Shown in pieces: positions 53,001 through 64,000 of a stretch of DNA of 64,000 nucleotides. Below the pieces are notes generated by a model that saw only the letters and a program-made list of their open reading frames with translations, was not told the origin of the DNA and searched no databases. The DNA is from Azolla caroliniana (Eukaryota; Plantae; Polypodiophyta): positions 37,200,001 to 37,264,000 of the forward strand of contig JBHGNT010000001.1 of NCBI GenBank assembly GCA_043228905.1, read 5' to 3'. Positions within the stretch are counted from its first letter, which is position 1. Every line of letters begins with the position of its first letter. The position numbers and the translations under genes are program-made.

Positions 53001-55096
53001 CCTTGAGTGGAAGGAGGTTCGGTTCTGTTTACCGGCCAGGCAATCGGTGCACCTCTCCAGGTGCACATGCTTCACTGGAATAAGGTTGTCTTCTGCAAGC
53101 CTCTTCATCCCCTTCTCACTCATGTGACACAGTCTCTTGTGCCACAGCTCACCGGCAGTATCGGCTGCCACGTTCAGCTCCTCCGGACATAGCCGGGAAT
53201 TCATCAGGTACAGTGTGTTGACCTTCCGGGCCCGAGCCACTATCAGGCTCCCTTTGCTGAACTTCATGACACCGTTCCGGATGCTACCCGTGTAGCCTTC
53301 ATCGTCTAGCCTCCCGGCCGAAATCAGGTTCAATCGAACCTCCGGAACGTGTCGAACATCCTTCAGCAGCATCTTGCATCCGGTTGATGTCATCAGCCAC
53401 ACGTCTCCTATGCCGGCAATCCGGCATGTACCTTCATTTCCCATCCGGACACAGCCGTGCTCACCGGCTGTGTAGGATGAGAAGTATTTCTTCTCCGGGG
53501 TCAGGTGGAACGACGCTCCGGAATCGACCACCCAGGTCATCTCTTCACCGGCAATGTTCAGCTCCCTCTCTTCGGTAATGAGCATTATCTCTTCTTCACT
53601 TGCCGCGAGTGCCGTCGTTCCTTTCCGGTTCTGCCCTCGCCGATCCGGACCTCTCCGGTCCGTGGATCCCCGGTATGCACCGTTTCTCTCCGGTGACTTC
53701 TTCGAATCGGTGTCGTCGGCTCCGTTGTCCTTTCGGTAATGCCGACAATTCTTCCGGAAGTGCCCCGGCTTCCCACAGTGGAAGCACGTGGGTCTTCCTC
53801 TTGACTGCGACCGGGTCCCCGACTTCTCCCGTCTTTGCGGACTCCGGTTCCATTGTCTTCCCCGTTCCGATTCGGTAAGCAGCGCCTTCGAGTCGGAGGC
53901 CGGTTCTTTATCTCTCCGACGCGCTTCTTCGTTCAAAATACTTGTCTTTACCGTTTGTAGGGACAAGTTGTCTTCGGTGCAGGAGGTGCTGAGAGTCACC
54001 ACCAAGTTCTCCCAGCTTTCCGGCAATGTACACATCAGGATGATGGCTTGCATTGCATCCTCCAACGGGAACTTGATCGCCGCAAGCTGGTTCACGAATC
54101 CCATGAACGTGCTTACGTGTTCCACCATACTCTCGCCGTCCCGGTACTTGAGGTTCACTATCTTCCTCATCAGGGAGGTCCGGTTCAACGCATTCTTCCT
54201 CTCGTAGAGGCCCGACAGCTTCCGCCACATCTCATATGCGTTGGTGTCGTTCGCCACATGTTGTAGAACGCTCACGTCGACGTATTGCCGGATGGTTGCA
54301 ACGGCTTTCCGGTTCAGAAGCCTCCATTCCGACTCAAGTACCCCCTTCGGTATTTCCGACCTGTCAATCGGTTCATATAGGTCCCGAACAATCAGAAGAT
54401 CCTCCATCTTGATCTTCCAGTCGGCGTAATTTTGCGCATTCAGCACCATCATCCCCGGCTGCCCGCTGCTGCCGCCTTCCATTTTCTGCACTGCCGTCGC
54501 TCTGATACCACTTTGTTGCACACAGCGCTCGGCCACGACCGAGGAATATGATTAGCTCACAGAAAACAGGAAATACAAAATGCACCGTTCAGTAGAGAGA
54601 AGAGTACACAGGATGTTTTACGTGGAAAACCCTATCTGGGAAAAACCACGGGAGTCCTCAAACTCCAACTATCACTATGAACAGAGATGTACAATGGTGA
54701 AGCTTCAAGGCAACAACCTTGAGCTCACTATCTTTGCCACAGGCAGCGGTAATACACAGAGGCAACGACCTCTTCGTCTCTCTCTCTCTCTCTCTCTCTC
54801 TCGGCTGCTCTCTTCACTCTCTCAAAGTGAAAACAGAAAAATGAGCAACAACATCAAAACTGTTTGCCCTAAGTCATATTTATACACATATGACTTTCGG
54901 GCTATTTACAAATATAGCCTCAAGGGCCCTTGGCAAACATATTCACAAATATGTCCCCGCATCCGGATCTCTCTCCGGGTACATACGTCATCCGGCTCCG
55001 TAGCCGGGGTCTTCGTCATCCGGCTCCGTAGCCGGGGCCAGGCCTGCCGTCATTCATCTCCGGACATCCCATCCGGAGGGACCGAAAATCCCAACA
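49786..55096 (-). mobile_element. Young full-length Ty1/copia element D (Tork/Tnt1-Tto1-like), 5.3 kb
   Basis: LTRs 49786-50398 and 54514-55096 nearly identical (TGTTG...CAACA). TSD GTTGA at 49781-85 and 55097-101. PBS tggtatcagagc at 54499-54510. PPT tgaagggggagtt. Confidence 0.97.
50409..54482 (-). pseudogene. Copia D gag-pol polyprotein, single frame with two in-frame TAG stops
   Basis: Gag with zinc knuckle CFHCGKPGHFRKNC, PR WVVDSGAS, INT, RT LYVDDMLI, RNase H. The three ORF-track pieces are in the same frame, broken by TAG at 52917-19 and 51591-93. Confidence 0.93.
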
Positions 55097-55206
55097 GTTG
55101 ATAGCTATCTTGTTCAAGCCCAATCACACATCGATCGATCACCATCCAACAAGAAGAAAAAAACAATCAACAAATGAAACATTAGAATAAAAGCTCGGAT
55201 ACCAAA

Positions 55207-55583
55207 TGTTAGAGTTAAATACTAATGTAAGCATGACATAATGATATAATGGATAGAAAAATAAGAGGGGAGAGAGAAAGAAGCGTGTCGATTTACCCGA
55301 CCACCCCCGAGCGAAGGGATCGAGACGGACTCAAGCCTCGATTGGCGTCCCATACCATTGTCGTGGCGTCGAGTCATACTTGGTACTGGCACGCTCACTA
55401 CAAGAGTTTGATCCACCACAAGGTCAGAGTCTCGACGTAGTCAAGAGATGTCAAATGAGGGTAGCTAGACCTCATATTTATAGCCAGACCTAAGGCCCCC
55501 AGGCCAATTCACACATGATCCACGTGTATAGAATACTATGATACAATCTTACCACGGGATATTATATGGTCATGCCCGTAACA
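55207..55583 (-). repeat. 5' LTR of the gypsy element
   Basis: Homologous to 36255-36710; Met-i PBS adjacent; TSD AAAAG on the right. Confidence 0.9.
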
Positions 55584-56944
55584 AAAAGCTTTAGGTAGAA
55601 ACAAAAACCTTGGAAAGTGGTACCAAATAAGATGTGTCAACTCGATGCAAGTAGCATGAAGCACACATCTTAACCTTGTGTGGAGTTGTGCTTCCTTGTC
55701 CATATTGTATGTAGGGCTAGATTGTCATTTGCCATATTAGCGACACAAGTAGGAACAATCGTCACTTGTTCTTGAGTTGTCATCGACCATGTTAATCAAT
55801 ACTTAGACAAACTCTACTAACCTTTATCACAATGATTAACCATATCCAAGGAATTAACCTAAACACTTTCACAGGTTCAAGTCCTGTAGGATGCGGAAAG
55901 TGCACATTAGATTATATACCTATAGAATGCTTTACCCTTGTTCAGAGCTGGCTAGCGAGTTCTTCCTTTCCAAATCACCCCAATTGACTAGAAGAGATTA
56001 ACCACTTGCCTATCGATTAACTAACTCATCTTAATACATGTGACTAGAGCAAGTATAAGAGTAAATGACATATCACTAATATCATGCACGCGTTTATGAT
56101 ATATAGATGTATTATTAATGTCCATGGCAAGGATTGAACTCGATTTCTCTCAATTACATAAGACAATATAAAAAATGAGCATTTGGGAATGATTAATTAA
56201 CATTAATTGATTGTACATTAATACTTAATAAATGGGAGAGAATTAGTTTGATGTTAACAATAGATGTCATCGCCAACCTAGTTTCTTCCACATATTTATT
56301 TCTGAACAAGTTTTGAATTGCAATATTTATTCGATGTCCACTAACCTCCCCAAATTTAGTCACATAACTTCATCACAGAAAGTGTGAGGCTTGTGGTAAG
56401 ATAAATTGTTAGGGGATTTAACTGTTTCGTCGAAATGGTTACCATAATGATGTACTAATGGCGATGATGCACTCACTACTACGTATGCTAGAGGCTATTG
56501 CAAGTCTCCGATTGGAAGCCAGAGTCAGTGTCATCCCAACTCACCTTCATGAGAAAAGCTACATGTATGTGTTGGATGAGAACTCCTAATCACACCCATG
56601 CCCACCGACACATATTTGTAATACTCGAATCGGCTGGCCATCATGCTTTCGGGAGCTAAGTGGAAGGTTTTCATAAATTTGCAATCTACCCCTCCCCCCT
56701 CTCCTCTCTTTCTCTAGACAGAGATGTATGTACATATTATGTACGTGGATACATTAAATATGTATGTATGGCATGCATGGGGGGGGATGAGAGAGAGGGT
56801 TGCAACCTCCCTCCTCTCTCTCTCTCTCTCTGACATGCCATGGCCATGGCCTCAACCTGAGCAGCTCTCTGTCCGTCCCTCACGTAGAAGAAGGAAGCAA
56901 GCGGGAAGAAGAGGAAAGAGAGAAAAGGAAGAAGGAAAGAAGAA

Positions 56945-59900
56945 ATGGCTATGGAGATTGCCTGCCGCATACCGAATGCTCACGCTTTCCCAATCCTCTG
57001 CGTTGCCTACAACCAAGATCGAAAGGAAATCTTCAGTGGCTCCGAAGATACAAAAATCAAGGTATTCGCTTGGATTTCTTTTGTCACCGCTTCCTTGGGG
57101 CCGTTTTGGAGGTTTCATTAGATGCTTATATAAGATTCTCCCAATGTCGAGAATGTGGATTTTAGTGGCAGCTATCGTCCGACCCTTTCTGGTAGATTCT
57201 TAAATACGATCTCATTAATGCTGAAATGTTGCACATTTCTGTAAAAACTGGGAACTCTAAAGGTAACACTCATGGCTCAACAGACTGTTATCTGCACCCC
57301 ATCTCTTGATGGATTTTTAAACCTTGTTAAAAAATGCCAAATCGAGAGCTTTAGTTTCGCCTTTCTGTAGACCCTAGTGTTTGTTATTCCCATCTTCCTG
57401 AATGCCAGGTTTACAAGTGCAAGGCTACCTGCTAGATTTACGAGATCGAGACTAACAGGTAGGGTTTTTAATGCTGGATATTCAAGATAAAGGTAACCGC
57501 TATGGTTTTCCATGCACACTTTCTAAACGTGACACCGAGTCTATACCATGTAGACATAGACACTGCGTCTTGGTCGATACTATGTGTTTTCCTGTGCATC
57601 AAAGAGGGTAGCTCCTTTTGTGTACTTAGCTTCGTTTTTCAAGTTATTCTGATTCTCATTCAATAACATAACTTCTGAAGGTGATTGCTGATTGTGATTT
57701 TTGTGGTTGCTCATTGCTATTTGTAGATTGTTTATTGTGATTTCTGTGTTATTTTTTTCGTGGTTCGAGTAAATACTTATTGTGCTTTATGTGATTGGTA
57801 AAGGTTTGGGATGTTGAAACTGGCAGACAGTTGAGGATCCAACAAGGTCATCAGGCATGGGTCACAGACTTGTTATATTCTGTCGCAGCATCATTATTGT
57901 TCTCTTGCTCTTTAGATGGGAATGTTCTGGTCTGGTCGGACAAGGGAAAGCTATTGCAGGTGCCTTCTGATCTGTGATATGTCTTTGTTAGTTGGTGTTA
58001 CCTGAAATTTTTACAGTGTTGATGTGGCCTTGATATCCATGCATTCGAATGACCTTTAGTCATTGACTTTTCTTTCTATAAAATATGCAATCTTTCATAC
58101 ATGGCAGGAATAAAATTGAAATCTGAATCTTGAGTAGAGGTAATATGCCTGAAGAGAATTGTATATTTAATATTTTCTTGTGATTAGATGGTGGAATTTG
58201 GAGGGCCTGTGCATTGTTTAGCATGGGATATGAAAGGCAAATTCCTAATAGCAGGAGGGACTGGTATAGTACAACTTTTCAAATGTGTGAGGTCATCTTC
58301 TAGCATGTATATCAAATCTGATGCCCAGAATCAGAAGATTGGAATTGTAAGTATGAAGAACATTTTCTAAGTATAACTGCAATTAATGCATATAGGAAAT
58401 TCCCTTGATTCTATATGAACATTTAAAGTACTCTACATTTTCTGGGAAGTAAGGCTTGAAATATTTATAATTTTAATGCATATCTATATCTATACCTATA
58501 TCTACATATATCTATATCTATTTATATATTTCATGAATTGGAAGGTCACAGTTGAAATGATCAAGGTTTGAGGATCCCCTGATCAGAGGTGAACCACAGC
58601 TTGGATGCTGATGAGGTTGTTGAAGTGAATGCCTGATTTCTTTGCAGGAATTTCAAAAGAGTCCTTTGGTTTTCTTGGCAAGTTGACTGTCGGTTCTCGC
58701 ACCAGTTGCTTATGCTTATTTGTCACAACTTGTAATTTGGATTGTGATAAGATTGGTTGGTCATTTTAATCCTTTGGGTTATGGAATGCGACGTTCGCAC
58801 AATCTGAATTACCTCATCCAAGGTTTTGGTTCATTGTTCAAAACAACCCATAGCCCAATGTTGGAGTTTTGGGATGCCCATGAGGAAATGTGCAGCGAGT
58901 GACTGATTGCTGTCCAGCTTGGCCAGTGTTTCTTTAGGAAGTTTTGGATGTAGTCCTACAATGATTTAACCTAGCTTGAGATTCGGGTCACCATTTCCGC
59001 AGCTTGAGACTTCATTGAGTGTGGAATAATGTTGTTTCGAAAGTTATCCACGGAATCTCTCCATGTAGTTGGAGTTTGTTGGATTTTTATTCACCATTGT
59101 CTATGGAAGGTCTTTCATATGAGTCTTACGTGACACAGCTGATATTTCACCTGTCTGAAACTATGTGAAGTCTGGCATGGATGCCCTGTATCCTTTGTCT
59201 TTCTGAATGAACAATTCTAAACCCTAAACCCTGTAGAAGACAGGTGGGTGATTTTCACGTCCACGTGTACCCATTGCAACATCTATGTGTGCAGTCATAT
59301 CGAGCTTTGGATAAATGCTCATATAATTTGTTGGTGAGTGAAGGACTGCAGTGGAGATGTTAAAAAGTGTGTTACATAAATGGCTACCAGTACATGGGGC
59401 TGTGGTTTCAGCCCATGGCTTTGCATCATACGCAACATGTTTTGCTCCTGATACACCCTCATTTACATGATGAGTCTTGCAGTGGCAAAAATGTGTGCAG
59501 TCATATCAAGCTTTGCATTTCATCAACTTGTGCATTCAGATGCTCCTGTAATTTGTAGGTGAGTGATGGACTGCAGTGGAGATGGTAAAAAGTGTTATAT
59601 ACATGGCTACCAGTACACGGGGCTCTGGTTTCAGCCCATGGCGATGCATCATATGCAACATGTTTTGCTCCTGATACACCTTCATTTACATGATGAGTCT
59701 TGCAGTGCCCCAAAAATGTGGTTCTAGATGAATTTTACAAAATAAATGCTTATAGAAATCTACTTGTAACTCTTTATCAACAAAACCATCTACTCTCATT
59801 GAAGTGATGGCTGAATTCATGTCATGGAAAAATGTTATCAGATATCCTTATCATTGCGCCTCGTAAAAATAGAATTATAGTTTACAAAACAGAGGGTTAT

Positions 59901-62658
59901 TGGTAGTGCATGCATCTGATCACTATCCTCACCCAGTGCAAGATCTAAAGAGAGCTTATCCAAGAGTTGATGTACCACAATGTGACTTGAGTATCTAATG
60001 AGTGGATCTCTTACCACATAAGAGAGCGTAGCATTTCTGCAAGAAGTTTTTTTGCGTGATGCTCATTTTTCAGGGAGCAAATCGATGATGTTAATGCCAA
60101 CATCACAGGGCCTTTTCCATTCATGTAGCAGTCAATTGACAGCACTTGTCAGACTAGGACAAGAATCCAATACGTAAGAGCTTGATTATCCATTCATGTA
60201 ACAGTCAATTGACAGCACTTCACCACGATTTGAATCCATTTATGTTAGGTTTAGAAAATGGACCATGGATACTAGTGATTTTAGGAACTATCATGTATAT
60301 GCTAAAACTGAATGAGAAGTGCCTGTTTTAAGTGTGGAAATATGTGTTTTAATGAACATGAGTCTTCTCAAGAAGGTACATGCAATAAATGCACAGGATA
60401 TTATATTTTACTCTATGTTTTCTTTTCTCAAGTATTTTGTATGTTTGTGTTTTTTTCATCAGTATTAAAGAAATTTCATTTATAATGCTCATGTGAAAAC
60501 TTTATTCTGGCTAGGCAAAATTTCTGGTTCATTCTACTGTTTTATATACACATAACGATGTAATACAAAGCATATGTACATCAGATCTTGGAAATGTCTT
60601 TACAACAGGGTAAGACTGTTTTTCAATACAATGCGTTCATTTAGAAAAGAATGTGGTATAATGCTGACAAGAATTTGATACATTGTTTTATGGTTCATTG
60701 GCATGAGACTTGTTTTCTTAGGCCCATACAAGTTTTTGATTGCAGAATTAACTTTCTATTTATTATATAACAAGCTAACCTTAGGTATATGATGCTTCCT
60801 TTGCCTATGGAAAGTGTGAACAAATGGATGTAAGCACTCCATCCCAAGTGGCCCTCGGGAGTCTCTTACAGGGCACATTGTTGAAATCTATTGGGTGGAC
60901 TAAACTAGAAATGTGGGAGAATGTATTTCTAGTCCATGGTTTGATGAAATCATTATTTTATGGTTATATTATATGAGGCTTCATGAATCTCTCCTTCTCC
61001 CTGATACTTGAGAATGATTACGATCGATCCATATGCTAGAGCTGGTCTCTGGGTGTTCTGTCTTATTCGATCCACAATTTCGATCTTGCCGTCCATGCAC
61101 GTTGAGAGCTGGTCTCTGGGTGTTCTGTCTCATTTGATCCACAATTTTTGATCTTGCCGTCCATGTACGTTGAGAGCTGACACTGGCTTCGAATATCAAG
61201 AAAATCTCAGTCTCTAAGTTTTGTATTCTGATATTATGCAATCCTTGAATTGTGAATTTCTTTCAAACATTCCTATGACAGCTCTCCATGCCACAATGCA
61301 TACTAGCATAGGTGAACTGTAGCCAATCTGCTCCAGGGCAGTGGAGGAGTCTTGCTGCTGATACAATTATGCTAAATGCAGAAGTGATGGGGGCTTATCT
61401 TCAAATGACATCGCGACAAGAGAAAGAGACCAATCTTCTTCACAGTTTTTAACAATGATGGAGAAGCATGCCAAATGTGATTCACTCTCGTCAAGATGAG
61501 TTTGTGAAATCCTTTCTCTATTTGAAGGAGACCCACAAAGATGCATTTCTGGGTAGTTTTTGAGAAATGGGTCTTTCAAAATTGACTCTCTTGTGCCCTA
61601 CTTTAATATGTAGAAATGCCTCCCATAAGTCTGAAAAATGACCCTGGCCTTCATGATGAGTTCAATGAAAGGATCTATGCGAAAACTCTGTTTCTTTGGC
61701 TAACATGACACGTATTTATTTAGCCAGCAGGTAGGAAGCCATGATCCTGGGGTATTTTCCACAAACTCAGGAGTCATGTTCTCCCATATTTGGAAGGAGG
61801 CATATTTTCCTTCACATTGGACTGCATTGCAAGTTATTTAATTTCCTATGCACCATTTATAAGATAATTACGAGAGGAAAATGACAAATGAGATTGTCTT
61901 CTTTGGGGACAGATTTGACAAATGCATCTGCATTTTCAACAGTGCTAAACCTGCAGGCTCTATAATGCAGATCTCAAATTGCCATGAGGTACTTTTGATT
62001 CTAAAGTAAAAGGCAACAATTTGACCTATATTTATTGAGAATTAAATTGTTTTACCCTTCTCTGTAGATTTCACTATTTTACTTTAGCAGAAATTATTAT
62101 AATAAACACATTAACATAGTAATGAATTATTAAAATGGTGGAGAGTGCTTTACAGAACTGTGTTCTTAGTATTCTGTTATTTATCACATGGAAAGGGATT
62201 GGGCCTTGCGAGTTCCTAAGCAAAATAAGATGAGATTAACTATGAATAGTGACTGAACCCTAAACCTATTCAGGATGCATCAACGGTCAACATCATTTGA
62301 GCTTATGGGAGAATGTGAGGGGGATGGAAAGAATCCTCTTTGTAAAGAAGAGATACTATGTAAACAGCCAATAAGAAGATTTTCTCTCACTGTGTTAAAA
62401 AGAAATTTCTAGTGAAAATTTTCCAGGCATAGAATTACCTAATCAGTATATTCTGATTTATTTACTGCAGGGAGCAATAAGCGCTGCTGCATATGATAAA
62501 GATATGAAATCATTAGTAACTGGTTCATATGATGGATGCCTTAAGTTATGGAGTCATGAGGGGCACTGTTTGGATACATTCAACAATATAACTGATTGTA
62601 TCACATCTATTGCATACATACCACAAACTAGGTGTTATTGGGTTACTGGAAAAGAAAG
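56945..62658 (+). CDS. WD40-repeat protein, 5' part (gene continues past the last exon I can identify, probably beyond the window)
   Basis: Exons 56945-57061, 57804-57959, 58188-58346, 60515-60609, 61913-61988, 62471-62658 join in frame with GT-AG ends. WD repeats: AHAFPILCVAY...FSGSEDTKIKVWD, GHQAWVTDL...FSCSLDGNVLVWS, HNDVIQSI...FTTGFDKCICIFN, HEGAISAAAY...LVTGSYDGCLKLWS. Confidence 0.88.
59285..59720. repeat. ~205-230-bp tandem duplication in WD40 intron 3
   Basis: Two copies of tgtgtgcagtcatatc...ggactgcagtggagatg...gctcctgatacacc...catgatgagtcttgcagtg. Confidence 0.9.
61037..61180. repeat. ~68-bp tandem repeat (two copies plus a partial) in WD40 intron 4
   Basis: agagctggtctctgggtgttctgtct...gatcttgccgtccatg(c/t)acgttgagagctg. 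Confidence 0.9.
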
Positions 62659-62994
62659 GTGCGTTTTTCTTCATAATATAAGCCAAAGACATCTTTCAGC
62701 TGTTTTGATTTATTTGGAATAAATCTTTCTGGATTTTTGAATATAAGAAATCTGAGTGAATCAAGAATTTCTCCCTTTTCCCTACTTTCTTTAAGCCTTG
62801 GGGTCATATAAGGAAATGCAGCCATCCTTGTTGGTCTCGAAGAAAATGACTAAACTCATACGAGGGTTACGATAAAATAATGCGAGGTTAAATGAACTGA
62901 AACTTTTGGCTCCTAAAGATCTGCAACATAAACTTGTCCAAGACGGAGAAGTTTCTGAAGTGAGGATTGTAACTTTGATATTTGGGGATGATGA

Positions 62995-63400
62995 TTTTGA
63001 TTTTGTAATAGCAAGGATGTTGACATGATGGTCTAGGTGGGTGTGACGTTTATCGAATGACTCATTGACTGCAGATCCTATCAGCTACATTAAAGATTAC
63101 ACACAAATATGCATACTCAACCAATCGATGGGGAGCATTGTCCCCCCAACTCCCCACTTGTGCTGCCTATAAAAGTGAAGTTCTGTGTAGTCACACTGTT
63201 TGTTGTCAATGATTGTTGATGTGATAGGCCGCCTTTGATTTTGTGATAGCAAGGGTGTTGAGATGGTGATCCAAGTGGGTGTGAAGTTTATTAAAGGACT
63301 CATTGACTGCAGACCCTATCAGTTACATTAAAGATCACACACGAATATGTATACTCAACCTGCCGTTGGCGAGGATTGACCCCCCAGTTCCCAGTTGTGC
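62995..63400. repeat. Diverged direct duplication with ~238-bp period in a WD40 intron
   Basis: tttgattttgt(a/g)atagcaagg...gactcattgactgcaga...tactcaacc at ~62995-63122 and ~63234-63360. Confidence 0.85.
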
Positions 63401-64000
63401 AGCCAATGACAGTCAATTTCTGGGTAGTGTCCAAAGATTTCATCATTCATCACATTCTCCTGCACTATTAGGTGCTGCATTGTATAACTAATATCTGGAG
63501 AAGGAGCTACTCCCGTATGGCTGTTTAAAATGCTGAAGACTTCTGCTACTTCAAGTTGTCTGATTGCTGTTTCCACAGAGAAAAAATTCATGCATCACAT
63601 CAGGGGTCTTCATATTGATATGATATACACACATGCACACACTCATTCCTTGAAATATCTCAACTATTGATAAATCCCACGTAAATCTAGAGTTGCAGAC
63701 TACCCTAACTTCAAATCAGGATCCAAAGAGTTAAGATGAGATATTTCCTCTCATATGTATATATTGTAGCATGAAGTCATGGATGGGGACAGCTATTAAT
63801 ATTGGCAGGTGTGAAGTTAATTATTTTCTCTTGAACTTTCTGATAAATCATCATTTTTTAATCTATATTTTTGAAATCAACATGAAAGTTTAGAGGTGTA
63901 CTTTATCTTCGCAAAGGTATCCTATCATCATCGATGCATTGGCTCCTGCCAATGTTACAGATTGGGTGGCAGATACTTGCTCATTTCGTGATCTTCCTCT

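Larger units (their letters stand above)
36255..55583 (-). mobile_element. Degenerate Ty3/gypsy chromovirus, outer host of the nest
   Basis: LTRs 36255-36710 and 55207-55583 (TGTTA...TAACA). TSD AAAAG at 36250-54 and 55584-88. PBS tggtatccgagc (tRNA-Met-i) at 55193-55204. PPT next to 36711. Broken pol in PR-RT-RH-INT order. Confidence 0.93.

Noticed and set aside
55870-55900. ggttcaagtcc tRNA T-loop-like motif
   Set aside because: Isolated B-box with no A-box or cloverleaf.
56724-57203. 159-aa ORF at the WD40 5' end
   Set aside because: Different frame from the WD40 exon 1, which starts at ATG 56945 and splices at 57062.
59285-59720. Intronic C/D snoRNA pair
   Set aside because: TGATGA and CTGA are present but in the wrong order within each unit, and I recognise no rRNA antisense element.

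Overview
Eukaryotic land-plant nuclear DNA. It is AT-rich and microsatellite-rich with spliceosomal GT-AG introns; the TE repertoire suggests a seed-free plant such as a fern, which is inference only. Five host genes: an intronless F-box/kelch gene of the KUF1/SKIP25 type (5689-7176 +); a 12-coding-exon GSK3/SHAGGY-like kinase (18299-15171 -); an intronless DUF1645/AR781-type gene with a large His/Met-rich repeat insert (24236-25951 +); a 6-exon DFR-like reductase (34473-31953 -); and the 5' part of a WD40 gene (56945 onward, +, runs off the window). A 19.3-kb retroelement nest lies at 36255-55583. An old chromodomain Ty3/gypsy element (TSD AAAAG) holds a LINE and a young, nearly intact Ty1/copia (TSD GTTGA). 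A decayed copia abuts the LINE and itself contains a solo LTR (TSD TGTTG) and an unusual 3.6-kb gag-only LTR element. That element has a tRNA-Trp primer-binding site, a 4-bp TSD, a tRNA-like Pol III cassette in both LTRs and a 236-bp near-perfect inverted repeat. All coordinates were read by eye; family calls rest on recognised motifs, not database searches.
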